NCBI GenBank assembly: GCA_963732075.1
Contig: CAVSYD010000003.1
Location: forward strand, 1,017,770 to 1,081,769
From: an uncultured Actinomycetes bacterium
GTDB taxonomy: Bacteria > Actinomycetota > Thermoleophilia > Gaiellales > JAICJC01
Length of the DNA: 64,000 nt
Direction: 5' to 3'
Positions 28,644 through 36,681 of this stretch are shown here, piece by piece. How positions within the stretch are numbered: the stretch's first letter is position 1; each line of letters starts with the position of its first letter. The notes beneath the pieces are model-generated. The model searched no databases, was not told the origin of the DNA, and was given only the letters and a program-made list of their open reading frames with translations. The translations under genes and the position numbers were made by a program.

Positions 28644-30334
28644 GCCTCGTCCCACAGGAATCCGGCCTGGGGGTTGTACTGGTACCCGTGCAGCCGCCGG
28701 GACACGAAGTCAACCAGCTTCGGGTTGAACAGGGTGATGATCGGCGAGAGGTCCGTCACCCGCCGGTCGACCTGCGCCCACAGGGTGTTCGCCGCGGTGG
28801 GGTCGGTCTCACCCAGCACGAGCGCATGGTTCATCTGCGCTTGCACCGAGCGATCGCAGAAGCCCGAGATGTTTGGGCTCGCGTCGCTGCCCGGGTGGAA
28901 GTAACTGCATCCAAGCAGGACGTTCAGGAAGTCCGACGCTGCCGGGTAGTCCTGAAACCACTGTGAGTAGCCGACCTGGGCGCGGTTCTTCGAGTCCTGA
29001 ATGTAGGGGTACTGGATCGCGCTGCTGAGCAGCTTCGGGGTCGCCACATAGCCGATCCGGTCGAGATCCTGGACGAACTGGAGCGTGATCTCCTTCCCGA
29101 TCGTGTCCTGGGTGCCGAAGACGCTGACATGGGCGCCACGCGTGCCCGACTGGGTGACGAGCTGCCGCGCCTTGGCGACATCGGGCGCCGTCCACTTGCC
29201 GTCGGCGCTGGGGTTTTGCGTGAACGGGCAGTACGGCTTGTAGCCGGGGAAGTTGGGCGGCAGGACCTGGCACGACGGTTGTGCCAGTGACGGGCCGCCG
29301 AAGATCTTGACGTACGTACTCCGCTGGATCCCGTAGTTCACCGCCTGGCGCGCCTTCAGGTTGTTGAACGGAGGCACGTTGACGTTGAGCGCCATGTAGT
29401 AGATCGCGGTCAGCGGGTTCACATGGGCCTGCGAGCCGTACTTCGTGCCGATCTCGTTCAGGCGGTCGGCCGGGGGCGCATCGGCCATCCAGTCGGCCTG
29501 GCCGTTCTCGATCTCGGTGACCTCGTCCTCGACCGTGAGCCCGAACTTGAACGCGATCTGGTTCGGGTACCCGGCCGGCTGTGCGGCCTTCGACCAGACG
29601 TGGAAGTGCGGGTTTCGCACCATCACGGCGCCCTTGTTCGGCTGGTAGGACTGCCACATGTACGGCCCGGTCCCGGGGATCGGCGTGTTGCCCATGTCGT
29701 GCAGCGGCGTGTTCCCGGGAACCGCGACCGCGAACGGCAGCGCGAGCTTGTCGAGGAACTCCGGATCAGGCGCCGCGAGATGAAACGTGATGGTGCCCGC
29801 GGCGTCGTTCGCCACCACCCCGTTCGACAGATTGCAGAGCTTCGCCGACTTCGCGCACTGCACCCCGCCGATGACTCCCTGGTAGAAGCTATTGGCCGGC
29901 CCGGGCACCGTGAACTGGCGCCTGAACACGGTGACGAAGTCGCTGGGCTTCACCACCTCGCCGTTCGAGTAGTGGATCCCAGGACGGACGTGGAACGTGT
30001 ACGTCTTGCCCCCGTCGGTCGGCGCCGGCACGGACGTGGCCAGATCCGGCACGATCACGGTCCCCGCGACACCGGCGGCGCGCCTGAAGCCGACCAGGCC
30101 GTCGGCGACGTACTGCGACGACTGAAACCCGAGCACGGTGTAGTTCTTCGCCGGGTCGAGCGTGCCCCAACTCGTGGTCGAGAGCATGATCATCGTCCCG
30201 CCCCGGTGCGATCCGCCCGCCGTTGCGGAACTCGCCGACGACGACCCGCCCCCGCAGCCGGCCAAAGCTGTCGCACCCACGCACATCATGGTGACACCCG
30301 CCAAGCGCCGCACGGACCCTCCGAGAACGGTCAT
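28631..30334 (-). CDS. Family-5 (Opp/Dpp-type) solute-binding lipoprotein with no adjacent permease or ATPase
   Basis: LAGC lipobox, TLDPA, PDLA...DGGKTYTF, GTGPY, ARQAVNYG. Confidence 0.88.
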   Translation of the reverse strand: MTVLGGSVRRLAGVTMMCVGATALAGCGGGSSSASSATAGGSHRGGTMIMLSTTSWGTLDPAKNYTVLGFQSSQYVADGLVGFRRAAGVAGTVIVPDLATSVPAPTDGGKTYTFHVRPGIHYSNGEVVKPSDFVTVFRRQFTVPGPANSFYQGVIGGVQCAKSAKLCNLSNGVVANDAAGTITFHLAAPDPEFLDKLALPFAVAVPGNTPLHDMGNTPIPGTGPYMWQSYQPNKGAVMVRNPHFHVWSKAAQPAGYPNQIAFKFGLTVEDEVTEIENGQADWMADAPPADRLNEIGTKYGSQAHVNPLTAIYYMALNVNVPPFNNLKARQAVNYGIQRSTYVKIFGGPSLAQPSCQVLPPNFPGYKPYCPFTQNPSADGKWTAPDVAKARQLVTQSGTRGAHVSVFGTQDTIGKEITLQFVQDLDRIGYVATPKLLSSAIQYPYIQDSKNRAQVGYSQWFQDYPAASDFLNVLLGCSYFHPGSDASPNISGFCDRSVQAQMNHALVLGETDPTAANTLWAQVDRRVTDLSPIITLFNPKLVDFVSRRLHGYQYNPQAGFLWDEAWIR

Positions 30335-30376
30335 TCTAGAATGTTCATTCTAATCAGATACCCGGCGGGGAGTCAA
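30323..30376 (-). promoter_or_regulatory. Promoter TTGACT-N18-TAGAAT overlapped by the inverted repeat TAGAATG-TT-CATTCTA and a second degenerate copy (candidate TetR operators)
   Basis: -35 at 30376-30371, -10 at 30352-30347, IR at 30337-30352, second site at about 30323-30338. Confidence 0.65.
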
Positions 30377-30456
30377 GGAGCGGGCTTTGAGGGGCCGGAC
30401 GGGGCCCCTTGTACTCTGCCTCCGCAGCGACGCACGCACTCGGAGAGGAGGCCACC

Positions 30457-31314
30457 ATCGCAGCGACAGGCGAAGCTCACTCGTTGACGCGCCCCTACCA
30501 GGAGGTCGACGTCTTCACGACCACGGCCTACATGGGCAACCCGGTTGCGGTCGTGCTCGACGCGAGGGGCCTCACGGTCGAGCAGATGGAGGGTTTCGCG
30601 CGCTGGACCAACCTCTCGGAGACCACGTTCGTCCTGCCGCCGACGCATGCCCAGGCCGACTACCGGGTGCGGATCTTCACGCCCGTCGCCGAGTTGCCGT
30701 TCGCCGGGCATCCGACCCTCGGCACCTGCCACGCCTGGCTCGATTGGGGAGGGCAGCCCGCCTCCGACGCCGGGATCGTCCAGGAATGCGAGGCCGGACT
30801 CGTGCCGATCAGGCGCACGCCTGATGGACTGGGCTTTGCAGCCCCGCCGCTGCTGCGCTCGGGCCCGGTCGAGGAAGAGCTGCTCGCACACATCGCCTCG
30901 GTCCTGAACATCGAGCGCACCGCGATCGTGGCGTCCGAATGGGCCGACAACGGGCCGGGCTGGGTCGCAGTCTTGCTCGAGAGCGCCGAGGCCGTGCTCG
31001 CGGTGCGGCCGGGATTCGTCGACCTCGAGGTCGGCCTCGTCGGGCCATACCCGCCGGGCGCCCCCGAGGCCTTCGAGCTGCGGGCGTTCTTCCCGAAGGA
31101 CGGCGTGACGGTCGAGGATCCCGTCACCGGGAGCCTGAACGCCTCGGTCGCCCAGTGGCTCGTGCGCACGGGGCGCGCCCGCGCGCCCTACGTCGCCGGC
31201 CAGGGAGGCGCCCTGGGTCGCGCGGGCCGGATTCACATCTCCGCCGATCCCGACGGCCAGATCTGGGTCGCCGGCGGCACGATCACCTGCGTGCGCGGCG
31301 AGGTCGAGATCTGA
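30457..31314 (+). CDS. PhzF family epimerase/isomerase (start ATC 30457 or TTG 30484)
   Basis: VDVFT..GNPVAVV, NLSETTF, ELPFAGHPT, EDPVTGS. Confidence 0.9.
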   Translation: MAATGEAHSLTRPYQEVDVFTTTAYMGNPVAVVLDARGLTVEQMEGFARWTNLSETTFVLPPTHAQADYRVRIFTPVAELPFAGHPTLGTCHAWLDWGGQPASDAGIVQECEAGLVPIRRTPDGLGFAAPPLLRSGPVEEELLAHIASVLNIERTAIVASEWADNGPGWVAVLLESAEAVLAVRPGFVDLEVGLVGPYPPGAPEAFELRAFFPKDGVTVEDPVTGSLNASVAQWLVRTGRARAPYVAGQGGALGRAGRIHISADPDGQIWVAGGTITCVRGEVEI

Positions 31315-31366
31315 GGTCAGCCGACCGTGCTGAGCCGCAGGGACCCACTGGTAGACTGGCCGTCCC

Positions 31367-31439
31367 GCGCCCGTAGCTCAGGGGATAGAGCGCTGCCCTG
31401 CGGAGGCAGAGGCCGCACGTTCGAATCGTGCCGGGCGCA
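31367..31439 (+). tRNA. tRNA-Arg (anticodon GCG)
   Basis: GCGCCCG/CGGGCGC acceptor stem, CTGCC-CTGCGGA-GGCAG anticodon arm, GCACG-TTCGAAT-CGTGC T arm; upstream TAGACT -10. Confidence 0.93.
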
Positions 31440-31495
31440 TGGGGGATTAATCGCTGGGCCGATGTTGGGCTCTAATAACGTTTGTGGTCGCGCGC

Positions 31496-32644
31496 TCACG
31501 AGCGGGTGAGCGTGAACCAGGGGTCGTCCGCAAACGCGCGGTACTGGGCCAGCGAAGCAGCGCTGGTGTCGACGAAGTCAGCCAGATTCCCGCGCCCGTT
31601 ATTCCAGATGCCGTACGCCACACATTGCGGATACTGTTTCACCGCGGTACGGGTCGCGGTGATCAGGCTGTTGCCGGTGACCGAGCCATCCTTGTCATAC
31701 CGGCCCGACGAGTCGGTCACGACCTTTCCCTGCTGGAACCCGCTCTCGCAGATCATGAATGGTTTCTGGTTGTCGACCGCCCACTGGTAGAAGCTGCCAT
31801 AGACCGGCGGGTTGACGGCCTCGAACGGGAATGTCTCACGGTACAGATCCATCCCGCTCCAGTCGACAACGTCGCCACCTGGCCAATACGGCTGCCATGG
31901 TCCGCCGGTGTTCGACGGTCCGGTCGTCTGCTGTGCGCAGAAGACCCAGATGCAGTTGCCGCCTGCCCCCAGCGTCGCCTTCTCGGCATTGAACACGGCC
32001 CAGATGTGCCTCCAAGCGGCCGCGAAGGCCGCCTCGCCGCCCGTCCCGAGGCCACCCTGCCACGCGCCGTAGTACGGGTTGTGCGGGCCGTTCGGCTCCT
32101 GCCAGAGCCGGAAGATCACTGGCACACCAAGGGCCTTCAATCCGAGCGCGACCGACCGCCAGTACGAGTCGAACTCGCCGTTGGTGATCCGATCGATGCC
32201 CTGCCCATAAGACGTCGTGCTCAGATCGCCCTTACCCGACCAGCCCGCGGACTTGACCGGAAAGGTGCTGGGCGAGCCGAAGGACGTCATCGGCACGACG
32301 CCGGGCGCGTTCAGGTTGGAGTCCGCGATCGCCGCGGTGCTCGGGCACTTCGCGAGCCAACCGTAGCGCCGGTTCCGAAACGCCATCCGCCGCCCGAGTT
32401 GGGTCTCAATTCCCTTGGCTGTGGTAAAGCCGCGAGTCGTGTCGTCGGCCCCGAAGTAGGCGCCGGTGGCCGGAATCTGCAGGCCACCCCAGCTACCGAT
32501 GATCGCGGGATCGCGGGCCGGCGTGACGGCCGCCGCCCGGGGCGGGTTCCGTAGTCCAAGCCCGATCGCGACCGCACCGGCCGCTGCAGACCCGACGAGG
32601 TCGCGGCGGGTGAGGCCTGAGGAATGCGTGACCGTGTGTGACAC
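31496..32644 (-). CDS. Tat-exported GH26-like glycoside hydrolase
   Basis: TRRDLV Tat motif; FRLWQEPNG (acid/base), YWPG.DVVDWSGMDLY, KPFMICESG (nucleophile). Confidence 0.8.
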   Translation of the reverse strand: MSHTVTHSSGLTRRDLVGSAAAGAVAIGLGLRNPPRAAAVTPARDPAIIGSWGGLQIPATGAYFGADDTTRGFTTAKGIETQLGRRMAFRNRRYGWLAKCPSTAAIADSNLNAPGVVPMTSFGSPSTFPVKSAGWSGKGDLSTTSYGQGIDRITNGEFDSYWRSVALGLKALGVPVIFRLWQEPNGPHNPYYGAWQGGLGTGGEAAFAAAWRHIWAVFNAEKATLGAGGNCIWVFCAQQTTGPSNTGGPWQPYWPGGDVVDWSGMDLYRETFPFEAVNPPVYGSFYQWAVDNQKPFMICESGFQQGKVVTDSSGRYDKDGSVTGNSLITATRTAVKQYPQCVAYGIWNNGRGNLADFVDTSAASLAQYRAFADDPWFTLTRS

Positions 32645-32677
32645 GACCGCGATCCTACTCGCCTACGCACGTGTCTC

Positions 32678-33292
32678 TCAGAGGAGATTGCGTACCGCGA
32701 GCCAGGGTGGGTTGCAGTCGAAGTCGTAGTAGCGAGTGCGTTCAACAACGAGGCTGTCGTCGCCCAGGAACCGCCCCGGTACCACGCCGGTGTGCAGCCG
32801 GACACAGTGGTAGTGCCGCGGGGTGAGTTCGACCGCACGCCGATGCAGGGGATGCGTATCCACGCGCTTCGGTGTATCGGGTGCGGCACAGAGAATCAGG
32901 TTGCCGTATCCACCTTCGGCCAGCGCGACGTCGTAGTAGCAAAGGACGCCCGAGATCGTCTTGAGCGTGTCGACGATGCCTGCCTCCAGCTCGTCGATCG
33001 GCAGATGGTCGATGTCGGCGCGTGCCCGGCCGAAGAACCCGACCGCCGTCATCCCATTGGCGGCCCGGAGCGCCGCCAAGTCGGGCGCGCGAATCCAGTG
33101 GCGATGCCCGTCCGAATCCGGCTCGCGGACCAGGAAGCCCGTCTTGTCCCGGGACCCGCCGGCCACCAGCACCCGCAGCCGCTCCAACATCGTCTGCATG
33201 ATCCCGGCCTCGCGAACAGTGTGGGTCGGAGCCGCGAACGGACGACCGGCGCACTCCTCGTTCGCGGACAGCTCGACAGCGCCCATCTCCAT
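32678..33292 (-). CDS. Hypothetical protein, possibly dimeric alpha/beta-barrel (ABM-like) fold
   Basis: TAGGAT-N5-ATG; GVLCYY...YGNLIL...HPLHRRAV pattern; fold assignment is inference. Confidence 0.6.
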   Translation of the reverse strand: MEMGAVELSANEECAGRPFAAPTHTVREAGIMQTMLERLRVLVAGGSRDKTGFLVREPDSDGHRHWIRAPDLAALRAANGMTAVGFFGRARADIDHLPIDELEAGIVDTLKTISGVLCYYDVALAEGGYGNLILCAAPDTPKRVDTHPLHRRAVELTPRHYHCVRLHTGVVPGRFLGDDSLVVERTRYYDFDCNPPWLAVRNLL

Positions 33293-33357
33293 GCGCGATC
33301 CTACACTCACTCGCGCCGGGCTCACAGCCGGGCGAAAGCTCTCTTCGGAGGTGGTAG

Positions 33358-34032
33358 ATGCCCGAGTCTGTTGACGCCCAGCATCTCCTGTTGATCGGGG
33401 CCGGACCAGGAGTCGGCGCCAGCGTGGTCCGGCGCTTCGGCCGCGAGGGCTTCCGCAGCACACTCATCTCCCGCAGCAGAACGCTCGACCAGCTCGCACC
33501 TGAACTGCGCAGCGGAGGCCTCGAGATCGAGGCGATCAGCGCGGACATCGAGGATCTGGACGGGTACCGCGCGACGCTCGAACGGATCTTCAGCGCTCCG
33601 GGGGCCCCCGGTGTCGTCGTGTACAACGCGGCCCTGCCGGATCCAGGCGAGATCCTCGACACCACCATCGAGCGGCTGCGAACCGCCCACGACGTCGATG
33701 TCCTCGGCGCCGTCGTCACGGCACAGGTGGCCGCGCCCGTCCTGCGGGCGGCCGGCACCGGCACCCTGCTGGTCACCAGCGGCGGCTTCGCCGACAATCC
33801 CGTGCCCGCACTGGCGAGCCTCTCGATGGGGAAGGCCGCCCTGCGCTCGGCGCAGACGCTGATTGCCGCCGGCGTCCGGGAGGACGGTATCCACGCCGCG
33901 ACCGTCACGATCGCCGGTGCCGTCAAGCCGGGGACAGACTTCGATCCGGACGACATCGCGGAGCTCTTCTGGACCGCTCACACCGACTCGAAGGACGCGT
34001 GGCAAACCGAGTATCGGTTCACCGGCGCATAA
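33358..34032 (+). CDS. Short-chain dehydrogenase/reductase
   Basis: IGAGPGVG, VVYNAA, SMGKAALR; RBS GGAGG. Confidence 0.88.
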   Translation: MPESVDAQHLLLIGAGPGVGASVVRRFGREGFRSTLISRSRTLDQLAPELRSGGLEIEAISADIEDLDGYRATLERIFSAPGAPGVVVYNAALPDPGEILDTTIERLRTAHDVDVLGAVVTAQVAAPVLRAAGTGTLLVTSGGFADNPVPALASLSMGKAALRSAQTLIAAGVREDGIHAATVTIAGAVKPGTDFDPDDIAELFWTAHTDSKDAWQTEYRFTGA

Positions 34033-34042
34033 CGGGACCAGC

Positions 34043-34385
34043 CTATTGGTCGCGGGCCGGAATCGGCTCTGCCAGCGGAGCGCGCCTGGGAGCCGCGGGG
34101 AAGGGGTCGGCGAAGTACTGGGTCTCGTGCGTCACGAAGCCGTCCCTGATCTCCATGACGCTGAGCGAATGTGAGGGCACGCCGTCATAGGTGATCACAA
34201 CCCCGCTCACTCACAGGTCGCCGCCGCCCAGGATCCGGCTGATGGTGAAGTGGCGCTCGGCCGGATTCCCGCCGCGTTGCGCCTGGATCGTTGACCGGCC
34301 TCTGAAGCGCTCGCCGGACTGCGGGTAGTCCAGGATCGCGTCCACCGCGTAGATCGCGTGCTCAACGTCGCCGTCGCCGGCTCGC
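34043..34385 (-). pseudogene. SnoaL/NTF2-like pseudogene (N-terminus missing, in-frame TGA)
   Basis: EHAIYAVDAILDYPQSGERFRG...GGGDL*VSGVVITYDG...HETQYFADPF; TGA at 34211-34213 and the same frame continues to TAG 34043. Confidence 0.75.
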
Positions 34386-34426
34386 CCGGCGGATGGTACT
34401 CGCCCGCCCTGAGGGATACTTCGCCC

Positions 34427-36175
34427 ATGGGCACGTTGGTATCGGTCAACGTCGGTTTGCCGAAGAACGTGCCCTGGCAAGGGAAGAACGTCTACACCGG
34501 CGTCTTCAAGGCCCCCGTCAGCGGTCGGCGCCGAGTGGGCAAGCTGAACATCGAGGGCGACGGTCAGGGCGATCGGGCGGGCCACGGCGGCGAGCAGCGC
34601 GCCGTGTTCGTCTACCAGATCGACTCCTATCGCTACTGGGAACGCGAGCTCGGCCGAAACGACTTCGTCCACGGACAGTTCGGCGAGAACTTCACCGTCG
34701 ATGGCCTTGGTGACGACGAGGTCTGCATCGGCGACCGCTACCAGATCGGCACCGCCACCTTCGAGGTAACGCAACCCCGGGTCACGTGCTACCGCGTCGG
34801 GATCCGCATGAACGACCCGCGCATTCCCGCCTTGCTCGTTTCACACCATCGCCCGGGCTTCTACTTCCGCGTGCTCGAAGAGGGCGACGTGCAGGCGGGA
34901 GACGAGATCATCAAGGTTGCTTCCGGCCCCGAACAGATGCCGGTCGCCGAGGCGGATGCCCTGCTCTACCTCCCCGGGCACCAACGCCAGCAACTGCTGC
35001 GAGCGCTCCGGATCCCCGCCCTCAGCCCCGGCTGGCAGGCCTCGTTCCGCGCGTTGCTCGAGGGTGGACCCGGGGGCGGCAACGCCGGGCTCGCGGTGAC
35101 GAGCCCGGCTCCGGCCTGGCCGGGCTTCCGCCAACTGACCGTCGCCGCAATCACGCGCGAAAGCGAGTCGGTGATCTCCATCCGCCTCGATGACCCGAAC
35201 GGCGCACCGCTCCCACCGGCCCGCCCGGGTCAGTACCTCACGCTGCGGGTCCACCCCAAGAAGCAGCAGAGGTCGGTACTCCGCAACTACTCCCTCTCCG
35301 GACCGCCCGACGCCGGCCACTACCGGATAGCCGTCAAGCGTGAACACGACGGCGCCGCCAGCGGCTACCTGCACACCCGGCTCGCGGTCGGCGACCAACT
35401 CGACATCGCAGCGCCGCGTGGCACCTTCATCCTCGACCGGACCCGTGCACCGGTGCTGCTGATCAGCGCCGGGATCGGTGCCACCCCGGTTCTCGCCATG
35501 CTTCAGGCGCTCGCGGAAGAGCATTCCGATCGGGAGATCTGGTGGCTCCATGGCGCCCGCAATCGGCGCGACCACCCGTTCGCCGCCGAGGCGCGCGCAC
35601 TCCTGGCATCGCTCCCGAACGCACGCGGCCACGTGTACTACAGCCGTCCCGGTCCGGACGACCTCGAAGGCCGCGACTTCGACAGCGCGGGCCGTCTCAC
35701 CGGGTCAGTGCTCGCCGAACTCGAGCCGCCGCGCGCTGCCCAGGCATATCTCTGCGGGCCCGCGCCGTTCATGGAAGAGATCAGCGCCGGGCTCGCAGCG
35801 ATGGGGATCGACGCGTCGCGCATCCACACCGAACCGTTCGGGCCCGCACCGGGCCTGACGCCGGGCATCGCCGCAGGGCCGGCGCGGACGCCACACCCAC
35901 CCGCCGGCCAACCCGGTAACGGCCCGACGATCGAGTTCGCCCGCAGCAACCTCGCGATCCCGTGGAGCGGTGACTACAGTAGCCTGCTCGAACTTGCCGA
36001 AGCGTGCGACGTACCCGTCCGGTGGTCGTGCCGCACCGGCGTCTGCCAGACCTGCGAGACGACCCTCATCGCCGGCGATGTCGGATACCGCCCCGACCCC
36101 GTCGAACCCCCGGCCGACGGAAGCGCACTCATCTGCTGCTCACAGCCACGCGACGACGTCGTGCTCGATCTCTGA
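34427..36175 (+). CDS. MOSC + FAD/NAD-binding reductase + 2Fe-2S ferredoxin fusion oxidoreductase
   Basis: HGGEQRAV, FGENFT, QPRVTCY, RNYSLS, SAGIGATP, YLCGP, CRTGVCQTC. Confidence 0.92.
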   Translation: MGTLVSVNVGLPKNVPWQGKNVYTGVFKAPVSGRRRVGKLNIEGDGQGDRAGHGGEQRAVFVYQIDSYRYWERELGRNDFVHGQFGENFTVDGLGDDEVCIGDRYQIGTATFEVTQPRVTCYRVGIRMNDPRIPALLVSHHRPGFYFRVLEEGDVQAGDEIIKVASGPEQMPVAEADALLYLPGHQRQQLLRALRIPALSPGWQASFRALLEGGPGGGNAGLAVTSPAPAWPGFRQLTVAAITRESESVISIRLDDPNGAPLPPARPGQYLTLRVHPKKQQRSVLRNYSLSGPPDAGHYRIAVKREHDGAASGYLHTRLAVGDQLDIAAPRGTFILDRTRAPVLLISAGIGATPVLAMLQALAEEHSDREIWWLHGARNRRDHPFAAEARALLASLPNARGHVYYSRPGPDDLEGRDFDSAGRLTGSVLAELEPPRAAQAYLCGPAPFMEEISAGLAAMGIDASRIHTEPFGPAPGLTPGIAAGPARTPHPPAGQPGNGPTIEFARSNLAIPWSGDYSSLLELAEACDVPVRWSCRTGVCQTCETTLIAGDVGYRPDPVEPPADGSALICCSQPRDDVVLDL

Positions 36176-36193
36176 GCGCGCCCGCACGGGTGG

Positions 36194-36625
36194 TCAGGAC
36201 GGTAGCCGCCAGCCTCTGGGCAGGGTCGTCTGACCCACCTCGATCAGGTAGCCGTCAGGATCGCGGATGTAGCAGCGCAACTCGGTCGCGTGCTGCTTCG
36301 GCGGCGTCAGGAACCGTGCGCCCCGCGCGCTCCACTGGTCGTACACGGCGTGGATATCCGCAACCCGGATGTTGAGGAAGCTGCTCGCCCGATCTGGATC
36401 GGGCGGCGTCTCGAGCGTCACGGTCGGCTTGTCGTCCGTCGGACCTCCTGCGGAGTTGATGAGGATCCAACTGTTGGCGAGCGCGACGCACGTCACCTCT
36501 TCACCCGGCTCGCCGGAAATGACCGTCCTGCCGCCCAGCACGTCGGTGTAGAAACGGCGGGAACGCTCGACATCATCCGAAACAATGAAGTGGGCCACGA
36601 CCATCTCCGCGGCGATGTCGCTCAT
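36194..36625 (-). CDS. VOC/glyoxalase family protein
   Basis: SDDVERSRRFY...IRDPDGYLIEV; RBS GGGAGG. Confidence 0.88.
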   Translation of the reverse strand: MSDIAAEMVVAHFIVSDDVERSRRFYTDVLGGRTVISGEPGEEVTCVALANSWILINSAGGPTDDKPTVTLETPPDPDRASSFLNIRVADIHAVYDQWSARGARFLTPPKQHATELRCYIRDPDGYLIEVGQTTLPRGWRLPS

Positions 36626-36681
36626 GCTGACCTCCCTTGCCGGCATCGACTCCTGGCCGCCACTTATACCGCGGATCGGAA

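Noticed and set aside
34211-34213. In-frame TGA as selenocysteine or TGA=Trp recoding
   Set aside because: TGA is the normal stop for many genes here, the gene is also truncated, and no SECIS-like context is evident
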